DNA of 64,000 nt from Proteromonas lacertae. Its lineage: Eukaryota. The translations under genes were made by a program, and so were the position numbers. Numbering within the stretch: the stretch's first letter is position 1; each line of letters starts with the position of its first letter. The notes under the pieces were generated by a model. The model was not told the DNA's origin. It saw only the letters and a list, made by a program, of their open reading frames with translations, and made no database searches. The stretch spans positions 372,001 through 436,000 of the forward strand of contig NGBS01001161.1 in the NCBI GenBank assembly GCA_002245135.1, written 5' to 3'. This document shows positions 14,563 through 26,707 of this stretch, one piece after another.

Positions 14563-15208
14563 TTAGTTATGGTATCTTGGTGATTTACGATATTCTGCAT
14601 ATTTTGGCTGTTTTTCAAAAGATTCCATAAATGCTTTTAAAGTTGCATTATTTGTTATTGCGCCTTTATTCGTTACATTAACTTCGGCAAAAATAGAATA
14701 GACAGCAATATCAGCAATTGATACTCTCTTTCCAACAAAGAAATCACCTCCATTCCTCTTTTTTAAGTTTTCAAAGTAGCCAATCCACACTGGGAGTATG
14801 TTATCAATAAAATCTTTCTCTAATTCTTCTTTTCCTGTTTGAGCATGAGTTACATGATAATATTTAATTCTTAAATCTTCACTTCCATCAATAATCATGT
14901 CTATTTGCCATTTTTCATCATCATTATCTCCATATAGATTAAATCTAAGTAAATATACATAAAAAATACAATCTACCAACATGTCTCAAGATTGTTATAC
15001 TTTGACAAATATTATGGCCTTTATATTCCACAACTGGTACTTGTCCAAATGCTAATACTCCTTCATCAGTTAATTTCTTCTTTATATCAGGCCATTCTTC
15101 AAATTTAAAATTAACTTCATCATATTTCTGTCCAGCGAGTTCCATTGCAATACGAAAGCATTCAGCTCTACCTCTTCCTCCAAAATAAGTTAATTTGAAG
15201 TCAGCCAT
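14563..15208 (-). CDS. Glutathione S-transferase (Tyr-type), copy 2; one intron at the same position
   Basis: YFGGRGRAE, FGQVP, QSITILRHVGR; tandem paralog of copy 1. Confidence 0.93.
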
Positions 15209-15308
15209 AAACTATATCAGAAAAAGAAATTATCTACGAAATACAAATGTTAAAGGTAAAAATATAAATTTCTTAAAACTTTTTAACAAAACACAAATAC
15301 TATTCAAA

Positions 15309-17906
15309 TTATGAATTAAATGTTTTTAATTTTACTCTTTCTTTCATAAGATTATTTAATCTATCAACATCATCAATAGTGCCTCTAACATCTTCCATTT
15401 CACTTGTGTCATTCACTATTAAGTCTTCTACATTTCTATCGTTAAAACTATACATCTCTTCTTCATAACTATCAGGTATTCTTTGACTAAATAAAGAAGT
15501 AGGTTTTTTTATATTATTATTCTTATCATAACTAAAATGATAATGAAATTCATCTTCTTTTATTGGAATAGTAGGTCTAGCACTTAAGCTTCTTTGTTGG
15601 TTTGATTTTTTATTATTCTTTGATTTATTCTTTGGTCTTGAAAATGGTGAAGGTTTTATTGTAGGTCTCATTTTATTATGCGTTTTCAATAAATTGTAAC
15701 AATTATCAACATCATTCTTAGTTATATTGAGTTTATTATCATAGAAATATGGATTATATGTTTTTGTTTTATTCTTTGTTGTTGGCTGTCTTTGGAAATA
15801 CATTATTTCTTTTATTTCTTCTTTTTCAGGAGGTGGTGGTGGTGAAACAATTGGAGATGTTTCTCTGAAATTTTTGCATTTTTCTTTCAATATCTGATTC
15901 TCTTCTCTCAATTTTATGATTTCTTCAACTATCTATTTATATATATAAATATATATATTATCATTCATAATTATACTGATATTTTACATGGTTTATCATA
16001 AACAGGCTTTGATCTTATAAGTCCATATCCAGGAACATATATTTCATCAATACTATCTATATGAATTGGTGATAATAATAGAGATTCTAAAATCTCTATT
16101 CTTTCTCTTAATTGATTATTCTCATTTGAAAGAATTGAATTCTCTTCATTCTTCATTTTCACCATGTTTTGAAATTGTTTCATTTCATTATGCAATTCCT
16201 GCTCTCTCTATTATATATAGTTATATTAATCTTCTAGTGTAATATACATCAATTAGATATTTCATTTTTTCTAATTCATTATTAATTTGATTCTGGTTTA
16301 ATTGATTCTGTATTTTCATACTTCTAAATGATGATGTATTTGACTATTAAATTATATAATATATTCATTTCATACATTTGATTTTAATGGTTCTCCTGAT
16401 GGTGGATGTGGTAAATCATTAGAATTAACAAAATCAGATTTTAATTGATGACATAAAGGACAAATAGGCTAAATAGAATATAAATTATAACTAAAATACA
16501 TCAGATGGAGAATAATGTAATATTTTCTCCATTCTTGTTTTTATTTCTTCAATTTCTTTCAACAATCTCAAATTCTCTTCTTTTAAATGATCAATCTGAA
16601 TTGATTTAGCATCTTTATTAATTTGTGGAACTACTTTGATATTCATCGCTTTTGAAGCATATTGTAAAGTACTTAAATTTTCATCAGTATATAAGTCTCT
16701 ATTATATATAATAAACATGTTAGACATATATACGAAGGTGATAAACAAGCTATCATAATTGTTATACTATTTCCACCTAATGATTGTTTCAATAATGATG
16801 TTAGTTTACTATCTCTATATGGTATATAGGATGTATTAGAAGAACTATGAGGAGATGATGATAACGATGAAGACATCTTCGCTAATGCATCAATCACCAT
16901 TCTTAACATATGCAATGATTTATTAATATGTATACTTTCCTATTTAAATAAATACAAAAAAAATAAGTGATAATAATACAGTTAATATTCTTCCAGTTGC
17001 ATTAGTTTGTGATATTTTCTCACTTCCAGCTAAATCAACAAAACATAAAACACTTTCTTTTGATCTGGATGAACCATATTCATTACTAACTATATGTGAT
17101 ATATAAATCTGAAATATTGAATGACTTCTACTTGATGTTTTGTTCATTGAATGAGAAGATACTGTTCTTGCATTTACTCCTTGTTTATAGTATTGAAGAA
17201 GATCAGTTGGTTTTGTACATTGAGGCTTATAGAGATTTTCTACATAAAATTCTTTTCCTGCTTTCCATCGCATTTTTAATCCACCAGTTATACCATCAAC
17301 AGATTTTGGAGGATTGAATAAATCATATATTCTTTCATTGTATATTTGAAGAAATGAACAATGAATAAAATAGTTTGGATTCTATTTTTAACAATAACAA
17401 TTATATTTATATAGATTATACATCTCCAATCATTGAATTCAGAGTTTCTATTGCTCTTGGTACAATTCCATTTGATTCTGAATCACATTTAAATACTGAT
17501 GTTGTTTTACCATTATTGCATTGTATCATTTCTTCTTTTCCTTCTATAGTAAATGTTTTCCCTGAACCAGTTTGTCCATATGCAAATATAGTCGAATTAT
17601 AACCATTTATTACATTTGTTAATATTGACTTTATTGATAAACTATCAAATACATCCATCTATTATATAACATTAAAAAAAATGCTCTAATACCTGTGATT
17701 TAGCAGAATCAAGTATTCCATCGAACTTGAACATTTTTGATATATTTTGATGATTTTTAGGTATATTTAAAGCAATTGTATTGTTATTTTTAATGGAAAG
17801 GTTTTCTAAACCATTATCACTTTCATCATTCAACGGTGGCCTTATTCTAACATATACGCTGATCTATAAATCATAATAAACAGAATGGTACATGTTTTGA
17901 ATTCAT
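15309..17906 (-). CDS. Kinesin motor protein, KIF12/kinesin-16-like; multi-exon
   Basis: VYVRIRP, P-loop [33 protein letters not shown]...FYVENL resembles KIF12. Confidence 0.9.
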
Positions 17907-18015
17907 TGTGACTAACTATCACTAAAACTAGCAATTCTATAAAGACTCTACTACAATCTGTTATTTTTTATCTGAAACATAATACAAAAACATAAAAACA
18001 TGTACAAATGTTAAT

Positions 18016-19254
18016 TTAATTATCTGGTTCTAAAAATTGAGAAACATTTCTTAATGACTTATTCAATTCTGCAATTTGTCCATCTAAATCTTTCAAACAC
18101 TTTGGAAATACTTTTGAAGCTTTCTTTTTCTTTTGAATTTGTTTCATCTTTCTTGGAGGCAATGGTGAAGACTCAGTAAAATAACACTCTTGAGGTTCTT
18201 CAATATCTATCAATGGGGTTGATAATGAAAAGGGAGGTTGTTGTGAAAATGGGTTATATTCATCTTGAGTTTGATTAATAGCTTCTTTTAGTTCATCTAA
18301 ACTGTTTTGAGTCTTTGATAATGTTGAATGTAAATAACACTGTTGTTGTTGTTGTTGTTGTGATGATGATATTTGAGATTGTTGAGGTGGAATAATTGGT
18401 GGATTTCCAATACAATATTGGGATGAAGAAGGTGGCATATTTGCATTAATAAATTGAAAACTTGATGGCTGTTGTTGTGAAGAAGAATAAGGTTGAATTG
18501 AAGGAATAAATGAAGGAGAAGAATACATTTCATCTGAAAATTCTGTAAATTGATTTGGAATTGCATTATTGTTATTAATGCCAGTATTTAATGATGATAT
18601 TAGATTTATAATATGACATAATTGCTGGTTTATATATACTAGTCCTGGATTATTAATTGTTGAATTATACATGTTTTGGATATAATCTAATATCTTTTTA
18701 TGTGTAGTTTTTACTTTTGATTTGAATTGGTTGTTTGATATTTGGCTATTATGAAGTGTTGATTTGATTGATGAAATCATAGTCTTTGTGTCTTCATTCA
18801 TCTTCACAAATTGTTCTCTCATATTATTCAATTCTTTCTGTAAATGTGAATTTGTGTATAATGCTTCTTTCAGTTTTAATTCATTTTCTTCATATTTAGT
18901 TTGAAGAGATGCATATAATTTTCTCTGTTTCTCTACTTGCTCTTCTAATTTCAGTTTCTGTTTATCTTTATCAATACATTCTGCTTTTAAATCACCAATC
19001 TGTGATAAAGACAAATTTAATCTTCTTCGATAATCCAATATTAATGGATGATTATAATTAACAGGAAATGATTGATAGTTTATATTATCAAAACTTGAAA
19101 TGTTATTATTATTGATATTTGATCCTAATTTTTCTGATTTTATATTTGTTTTATTACCATGACACTTTGAATTATAGCAGTGAGTATGTGTTTTATTAGA
19201 TTTTGTTACAGGTTTCTTTTTATACAAAGTTTGTATAGAATGTTTTGTATTCAT
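18016..19254 (-). CDS. Hypothetical coiled-coil protein with Q/S/P-rich region
   Basis: 412-aa uninterrupted ORF with heptad-like central region; family not recognised. Confidence 0.7.
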   Translation of the reverse strand: MNTKHSIQTLYKKKPVTKSNKTHTHCYNSKCHGNKTNIKSEKLGSNINNNNISSFDNINYQSFPVNYNHPLILDYRRRLNLSLSQIGDLKAECIDKDKQKLKLEEQVEKQRKLYASLQTKYEENELKLKEALYTNSHLQKELNNMREQFVKMNEDTKTMISSIKSTLHNSQISNNQFKSKVKTTHKKILDYIQNMYNSTINNPGLVYINQQLCHIINLISSLNTGINNNNAIPNQFTEFSDEMYSSPSFIPSIQPYSSSQQQPSSFQFINANMPPSSSQYCIGNPPIIPPQQSQISSSQQQQQQQCYLHSTLSKTQNSLDELKEAINQTQDEYNPFSQQPPFSLSTPLIDIEEPQECYFTESSPLPPRKMKQIQKKKKASKVFPKCLKDLDGQIAELNKSLRNVSQFLEPDN

Positions 19255-19481
19255 ATATATAAAACTGTTACTATATATATTCCTTTTATTTATTCACAAA
19301 CACAAGTAGAAAAACGAAAATATTAAAAAAGAGATGTTTGTTATTTTCAAATTTTAAGCCTCATTTTTCTATTTTGTGTTATTCTCATGAACAATACCCC
19401 TATTCAAAATATTCACTTAAGAAACATCACTTACTAATAACTATCTGACAAATTAAAAAGATGATTTGCCTTAATGAACAA

Positions 19482-21321
19482 TTAAATATCAAAAGGATGT
19501 GCTTCTGTATTAAACACATATCTGTTCAAATCAATTTTATGTTGTGTGTCAAATAATAAATATAAATACTTCAATGTTTCAGCTGGAAAGTAGGATTCTG
19601 CTATATTATTGAGTGACCCTTTAATTTTAACACTATCTAAAGCACTATAGCCATTTTCCGTTTTTGTATAATTTTCTATTGCTAAATAAATATCCCATCC
19701 CCATTTCCTATTAATTAATATAAAAATATGAATATATTTATATATATACACAAATATTGGATCTCCAGTTATTTCATGCAATATATATAAAGATTCAACA
19801 GTTTCTGGTCTTTGTTTATAAGAAGGATCGGTTATATGAATTTCATCATCATAAACCCTCATTATTTCAGGTGATAAATGAATAGTTTGATTCATATACA
19901 TCTGATAACATGTATAAGCTAATGATTTAGCAAATTCCATATCTTCATTATACAATACCTTATTGTTATTATGATAAGCATCTAAAGCTATTAATCCAGG
20001 TAAAAAACAACTCAAATGTTCCATTTCTGGTGAACCATCTTTACCAACAGTTAATATACCAGATTTACTTCTTCTAGCTAAATATGTTTTAAATGCAATC
20101 TTATTTTTATCAAAAGTATCTCTTAACAATAAATCTGTTTTACCACTTTGAATCCAACACTTTAAAAAATATTCATATGTAGAATCTGCTTCTGCTCCAA
20201 CACTTTTTGGACATTTTATATTATTCAATTCTATTAATCCATTTTTTAAATGAGTTATTAAATATTTCTGAACAGAATGTGCTTTTTCTCTATATCTTGG
20301 ATTTCCTGTAATTTTACTTAAATAATTATATTCCAACTGAAATGAACCAGCTTCTACTAAATTAATTAATGTTTCAGCACAGAACTTTCTTTGTGATAAA
20401 TTTACATTTCTCTAAAATATATTGAAATTATTATTATACTCTTGGTAAAAAACCATAAATACCTTCAATTAATATATTTCCCAATTCTTGAGCTTTATTC
20501 TTATAAAAATCATTTCTTGTCAATGAATACATACTTAATAATCCACCTAATACTCTTATATTTATTTCAAAGACTAATAAATCTTGAGTTACTCTATTAT
20601 AATCTAAATTATCCATTAACCATCTTTCTGCTTTGAATAATTCATCTTTTAAATCCATAAGTAACAAAGTGTCTAAACTATCAACTATTGTCATTCCGAT
20701 TCCACCCCAGTTGTTTCGACCTTTACAAGTGACTGGTTGAACTTCATCATATCCAAATGCACATTTAACATATCCATTCCAAAAATGTTTCATTGAATTT
20801 TTCACATGATTTGCCATTATTTGACTTTGTTGTCTTATTGATTCTTTTTCTGATTCAATAACTTGAGTTTCATATCTTCCATAATTCAATGCTTGTTTCA
20901 TAAAATCTTGTGATGTATAATGAAGAGTATCTGGGAAGGAATCAGTATTAATAATGATATTGTTATTGAGATTATTATTCACATTTATATTGTTGTTGTT
21001 GATATTATTATTATTGCTATTAAAATTGTTATTAACACCGTTATTGACGTTCATTACTGGTTTTGAAGTCAATAACCCTGAAGAATTTTTAATATCTATA
21101 TCATCTGTAACAATGTTTTCTGTGTTATGTTCATTTCTCAAATGCTGATGAGACAATTCCCTAATATTATATATGACTAATTTATACTTTTGGTTGATAT
21201 TCGTATATACAGCACTATAAGCTAAATATAGAACAGGTACTGTTATCAATAACAAAAACACCAAAATAGAGTTAGCATTACCTAAAAATATAATTAAATA
21301 AATACAATTAATTGCTTTCAT
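19482..21321 (-). CDS. Class I alpha-1,2-mannosidase (GH47), type II membrane protein
   Basis: AFGYDEVQP, TIVDSLDTL, FEINIRVLGGLLS, DSTYEY, HLSCF, RPETVES, AETLKYLYLLF, NTEAHP; N-terminal hydrophobic anchor. Confidence 0.95.
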
Positions 21322-21468
21322 AGTTTTAAAAATATCAATTAACCACTCCTTCAGTTGTGTTTTTTGATTCTTCAACAAAGCTCGATTCACTCAAGCTGTG
21401 TTTAATTCTATTTTGAATTTGATTAATTCAAAATAAATATCCAAATTTGCGTTATTGAATCTTCAATA

Positions 21469-23244
21469 ATGACAGAACCAGCTCAGAAGCAAACCAAACC
21501 TAAAGGTATTTATTTTCTCATATAGTTCATAGAAAATGAAGCAACTATTGGAATAGATTTTGGAACAACTTACTCATCTTGCGCTTATGCCATAAAGGAT
21601 GAAGAATCTGGTGATTTAATTCGTTTAGTATCTTATAATGATGGTCATAACACAGTTCCTTCTCATGTTTATTATAATGCTAAATCAAGTGAGGTAGTTA
21701 TAGGCAATTCTGTGAGATTTAATTATCGAGCAGTTGGACATAGTGCATATGATTCACATAGATTGATAGGAAGAAGATTCGAAGATAAAACAATCGAGGA
21801 AGATAGAAAACGTTGGATATTTAAAGTTGTAGAAGATGAAGGATTGCCAAAAGTGGAACTTCCTTATAACAATAGTGTAGCTAAATTAAATGGATTTGAG
21901 ATAGGTAGTCAAATCCTCAAACTAATCAAAAAGAAAGCTGATGATCATTTAAAGCATAATTATTCAGTGCCAACAAAGGCTGTAGTTAGTGTTCCAGTTA
22001 GTTTTACACAAAAACAAAGAAAAGATATAATAAAAAGTTGTGAATTAGCAAATTTGAAATTGGTTACTTTACTAAACGATACAACTGCTGCTACAATCTA
22101 TGGATATGTATATGAATCAGTAAAATACGTAGATGTACTTAGAGGAGATAGAAAATACTTCATTTATGATTTTGGTGGTGGTAAATTAAGTATTAATATA
22201 ACTAAGTTAAACACTGAAAAGAAAGAAATAGAAATATTGAATACTAGTGGAAATAATCATTTAGGAGGAATAGATATTGATGAAAGACTGATGACTTATT
22301 ATTTAAACAAATACAACATAAGAACAGGTAAAACTCGTGATAAAATAGCTGTTACGAAGTTGATAGCGTTATTGAAAGAATGTGAAAGAGTAAAATGTGA
22401 ATTAGCAATACAAAGTGTAGTGGCACGATCTGTTCCAGCCTCACCAGTAGTTACGTTAGATGGAAAAAATAGACATGGAAATGCTGGTGGAAATAATAAC
22501 AGCAACAATAATGGAAATTCTGTGAATGTAAAAAGTGATTTGTTAGCTGATGTTGATATTGATACAAGTCTAAGTGCAGGTGAATTTAATGAATTGAATA
22601 AAGAAATATTTAGCAAAACAATTGAAATATTAGATAGAATGTTTAAAGAGATAAATATGAAACCAAGAGAAGTAACTGATGTGTTATTAGTAGGTGGTTC
22701 TAGTAGAATAGCAAAAATACAACAATTATTAAAAGTGAAATTTCCAACAGCTGATTTTAGTTATGAATTAAATCCAGAAGAGATTGTAAATAAAGGATTA
22801 ATAATGTATACTAAACAAAGTGAATATGGATTTACTTATAGTGAAAAATTGTATACTTTAGTATCAAGAAAAGCATTAGTTCATGATATTGATGTAAATT
22901 CAAAATCATCGAATAGTTTTAGATTGTTGAAATTAATTAATAAAAATACTGTAGTTCCATGTGAATTTAAGGAGACCATTAAGAATGAAAATGAAAATGA
23001 GAAAATGATTGTGATTGAATTGTATGAAGGAGAAGGAGAAAAGAGTAATGTTGCAAATGAGATGAAATTGAATGACAATTGTGTATTAATTGACAGATAT
23101 GGTATAGAGTTAGAGACTCCTAATAAAGTAGGTGAAATAGAAGTTGAACTTACTTATAAGGTGGATAAGAATAATATTTTAAGTTTAGAAGCTGTAATGA
23201 AAAAAGGAACTGCAACAAAAAAGGTAGAATTAAAAAGTATATAG
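21469..23244 (+). CDS. Atypical Hsp70-like protein 1, lid-less, ATPase motifs degenerate; one intron
   Basis: GIDFGTT, DFGGGKLS, HLGGIDID, LLVGGSSRI; ends after the SBD-beta region. Confidence 0.85.
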
Positions 23245-23345
23245 TATATTGAATTAAATATCTCATTATATGTAATTATTTGTTTTTTTTGATTTTTATT
23301 CCAAAAATATAGTCGTTTTGATTATTTTAATTTGTTTTTATTTGA

Positions 23346-24932
23346 ATGAATGAATTAAACCCAAACAAAATAGGAATAGATTTAGGAACAACCTATTGCT
23401 GTTGCGCTGTTGTTAAATCTGATCAATTAAGAGCAGGCATAGATTTTGTTCCTTACTCAGATGGAAAGAAATCTATTGCTGCGCATGTATTCTATAACCC
23501 AACCCAAAATGAAATTGTTGCTGGAAATGCTGTAAGATATACCACAAAATCAGTAGATCACACTGTGTTTGATTCAAAAAGATTTATTGGTAAAGCTTAT
23601 GATAAAGAATTAGAAGAAGATATGAAAATGTGGCCATTCAAGGTGATTAATGATAATGGAATTCCTAAGGTTGAAATGCAATTCAACAATCAGACAATAT
23701 ATTTAACAGCAAAGGATATATCAACAGAAATATTAAAAGCAATAAAATCAAGAGCTGATCATTTTCTAGGTCAAAATAATAGTAAAACAACACAAGCTGT
23801 AATAACAGTTCCAGCTTATTTTAATCAAAAGCAAAGAGAAGAAACAAAAAAAGCAGCAGAAGCAGCTAATCTAAAAGTCATTCAAATACTTAATGAACCA
23901 ACATCAGCAGCAATAGCATATGCATATCAAAGATTATTGAATAATGATACATTAAAAGGATTAAGAACTTTATTAATATATGATTTTGGTGGAGGTACTT
24001 TTGATGTTTCCATTATCAAATTGAATTATGAAACAAAATCAGTGAAAGTATTAGCTACAGGAGGTGATTCTCATTTAGGAGGAGATGATATTGATAAATG
24101 TATATATAATCATTTCCTTAAGAAATATCAAGAAAAAGCAGGTAAAGAAACTAATAATTTACCTTCTAAAAAGCTAGTGAAGCTTCGTAAAGCATCTGAA
24201 GAAGTGAAAATATCTTTATCATTTGGTGATACAGGTACTCTGAATTGTGATTGGCTAGATGATTGTGGAATAGATATGTCAATAACAAGATCTATGTTTT
24301 CCAATATATGTAGAGATATATTTAATAAAACAGTAAAAATAGTTGAAAATGTATTAAAAAATTCTGGGCTAGAGACTGATAATATAACAGATGTGGTTTT
24401 ATCAGGAGGTTCTAGTAGAATTCCGATGGTAAAAGAAAGTTTAAAGAATAAATTTCCAACAGCAGTAATATGTCAAGATATTAACCCTGATGAGATTGTA
24501 GCTCAAGGAGCAGCAATATTGGCGAATATGGATGGATTTAATTTTACAGTTTCTGATGTGTTAACGCATTCGTTATCGACTGATGTTGAAACAGGTAAAA
24601 TATATGAAATGCTTCCAAAGAATATTGAATTACCTTGTTATGCGATATGTACATTTGCAAATGCTAATGCAAATCAGAAGTATATTGATGTAAATGTTTT
24701 TGAAGGTGACGGAGATGATCTTGCTTTTGAAGAAGATCATAATGTGAAAAGATTAAATCAAACGATTAGGAAATTAGGATATTTTAAATTTGATGGAATA
24801 ACTGTTCCTAATAAACCTCAAGAAATACAAATTACTGTTACTTTTGCTGTGAATTTGGATGGTATTTTGACTGTTAGTGCGGTAGAGAGTAAAAGTGGTG
24901 TTGAAAAATCATTAACATTGTCATTAAAATAG
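23346..24932 (+). CDS. Atypical Hsp70-like protein 2 (NBD + SBD-beta, no lid or EEVD)
   Basis: GIDLGTT, TVPAYFN, NEPTSAA, DFGGGTFD, GGSSRIP; 528 aa. Confidence 0.92.
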   Translation: MNELNPNKIGIDLGTTYCCCAVVKSDQLRAGIDFVPYSDGKKSIAAHVFYNPTQNEIVAGNAVRYTTKSVDHTVFDSKRFIGKAYDKELEEDMKMWPFKVINDNGIPKVEMQFNNQTIYLTAKDISTEILKAIKSRADHFLGQNNSKTTQAVITVPAYFNQKQREETKKAAEAANLKVIQILNEPTSAAIAYAYQRLLNNDTLKGLRTLLIYDFGGGTFDVSIIKLNYETKSVKVLATGGDSHLGGDDIDKCIYNHFLKKYQEKAGKETNNLPSKKLVKLRKASEEVKISLSFGDTGTLNCDWLDDCGIDMSITRSMFSNICRDIFNKTVKIVENVLKNSGLETDNITDVVLSGGSSRIPMVKESLKNKFPTAVICQDINPDEIVAQGAAILANMDGFNFTVSDVLTHSLSTDVETGKIYEMLPKNIELPCYAICTFANANANQKYIDVNVFEGDGDDLAFEEDHNVKRLNQTIRKLGYFKFDGITVPNKPQEIQITVTFAVNLDGILTVSAVESKSGVEKSLTLSLK

Positions 24933-24991
24933 AATAGTATAGTATTAATAAATAGATTTACTTTTAATGGTTTTTTTTATTTGTTTAAAAA

Positions 24992-25026
24992 ATTATTACC
25001 GTTTTTTTGAAAATTATTACCGTTTT
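24992..25026 (+). repeat. Short direct duplication (aattattaccgtttt x2) just upstream of Hsp70-like 3
   Basis: Two copies visible; the same TTACCGTTT occurs at 789-797 in the RIIAD1/DNALI1 spacer. Confidence 0.7.
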
Positions 25027-25081
25027 CTACTGTAATATTCTATTTTTCTATTGATCGGAGGTTTCAGTTGCTCATTCTAAT

Positions 25082-26686
25082 ATGCCAAAAAGTATTTATT
25101 TTTTAATATATATCCATATAGTTAATAAAGGGCTTATAGGAATAGATTTAGGAACAACATTCTGCTGTTGTGGTATATTCAAAAATGGTAGAGTAGAAAT
25201 AATTACATATAATGACAGTAAACCAACCTTTCCATCTCATGTTTTTTACGATCCAAAAACCCCAGAAGTAGTTGCTGGAAGTACTGCAAGGTTTACACCT
25301 AAGTCAATTGGTCATACTGTGTTTGATTCTAAACGATTTATTGGTAGAACATTTGATGATCCATCTCTACAGGATGATATGAAAAATTGGCCTTTCAAAG
25401 TAATAAGAGGACCTAATAACACTCCGATGGTTGAAATGGAGCATAATTGTGGTAATATTAGATTAACTGCCAATCAAGTTTCAACAGAAATACTGAAAGC
25501 AATAAAAGTAAAAGCTGATGAAAGTATTGGAAATGATTTAAACGCAGTAACACAAGCAGTAATTACAGTTCCAGCTTATTTCAATCAAAAGCAAAGAGAA
25601 GATACCTCAAAAGCAGCAAGAGCAGCTAATTTAGAAGTGATTCAGATTATAAATGAACCTACAGCTGCAGCTATATCATATGCACACCAAAGATTGGCAA
25701 GTAAAGAAGGAAGAATTAGTGGTATAAGAACTTTATTAATATATGATTTTGGTGGAGGTACTTTTGATGTTTCAATTATTAGATTGAATTGTGAAAAGAA
25801 AACAGTGACAGTTGTTGCTACAGGAGGTGATTCTCATTTAGGAGGCAATGATATTGATCAAAATATTGTTAATCATTATGTTCAAAAATATTGTGAAAAA
25901 GAAGGTAAATCAAGAGATCAAATTTTACCCAAAAAGCTAGTGAAGCTTCGTAAAGCATGTGAAGAAGCAAAATGTTTATTAAGTGCTGAAGGGTGTGAAG
26001 AAGCAGACATAAATTGTGATTGGATTGAAGATCATGTTGATACAAAGTTAACTATTTCTACTTTGAATAATTTGAATAAAGATTTATTTGACAGAACTAT
26101 GGTAATTGTTGATGAAGTATTAAATGATGCAGGTTTAAAGCCAAGAGATATTACAGATTTAATATTAGTTGGTGGATCAAGTAGAATAAAGAAAATACAA
26201 GAAATGATTAGAAGAAAGTTTTCATTGGTATGTAAAGATGTAAATCCAGATGAGATTGTTGCAAATGGTGCAACAATAGCTGCTAATATGTCTGAATATA
26301 ATTTCACTGTAGCTGATGTTATATCTCATACTTTATCAACTGATTTAGATGATACTACCATATTTGAAATGCTTCATAAAAACACTGAAATTCCATGCAA
26401 AAGAACTCAAAAGTTTGCTAATTATGAAGATAATCAAGAGTTTATTGACGTAACAGTTTATGAAGGAGATGGAGATAAGATTCCAAATAAAGACAAAGAA
26501 AGAAGAATTAATAATAAAGTAACAAGACTAGGTTCTTTTAAATTTGATTTACAAACTCCAAATAAAGCAAAAGAAGTTCGAATTACTGTAACGTATGAAG
26601 TGGATAAGAATGGAATGTTAACTGTTACTGCTGCTGCTGAAAGTGGAGGTAATGCAAAGAAATTAAATATTTCATTAAAACACTAA
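25082..26686 (+). CDS. Atypical Hsp70-like protein 3 (NBD + SBD-beta, no lid or EEVD); probable 30-nt in-frame intron near start
   Basis: GIDLGTT, TVPAYFN, NEPTAAA, DFGGGTFD, LVGGSSRI. Confidence 0.92.
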   Translation: MPKSIYFLIYIHIVNKGLIGIDLGTTFCCCGIFKNGRVEIITYNDSKPTFPSHVFYDPKTPEVVAGSTARFTPKSIGHTVFDSKRFIGRTFDDPSLQDDMKNWPFKVIRGPNNTPMVEMEHNCGNIRLTANQVSTEILKAIKVKADESIGNDLNAVTQAVITVPAYFNQKQREDTSKAARAANLEVIQIINEPTAAAISYAHQRLASKEGRISGIRTLLIYDFGGGTFDVSIIRLNCEKKTVTVVATGGDSHLGGNDIDQNIVNHYVQKYCEKEGKSRDQILPKKLVKLRKACEEAKCLLSAEGCEEADINCDWIEDHVDTKLTISTLNNLNKDLFDRTMVIVDEVLNDAGLKPRDITDLILVGGSSRIKKIQEMIRRKFSLVCKDVNPDEIVANGATIAANMSEYNFTVADVISHTLSTDLDDTTIFEMLHKNTEIPCKRTQKFANYEDNQEFIDVTVYEGDGDKIPNKDKERRINNKVTRLGSFKFDLQTPNKAKEVRITVTYEVDKNGMLTVTAAAESGGNAKKLNISLKH

Positions 26687-26707
26687 TTATTATTATTTTT
26701 CTTTTAA

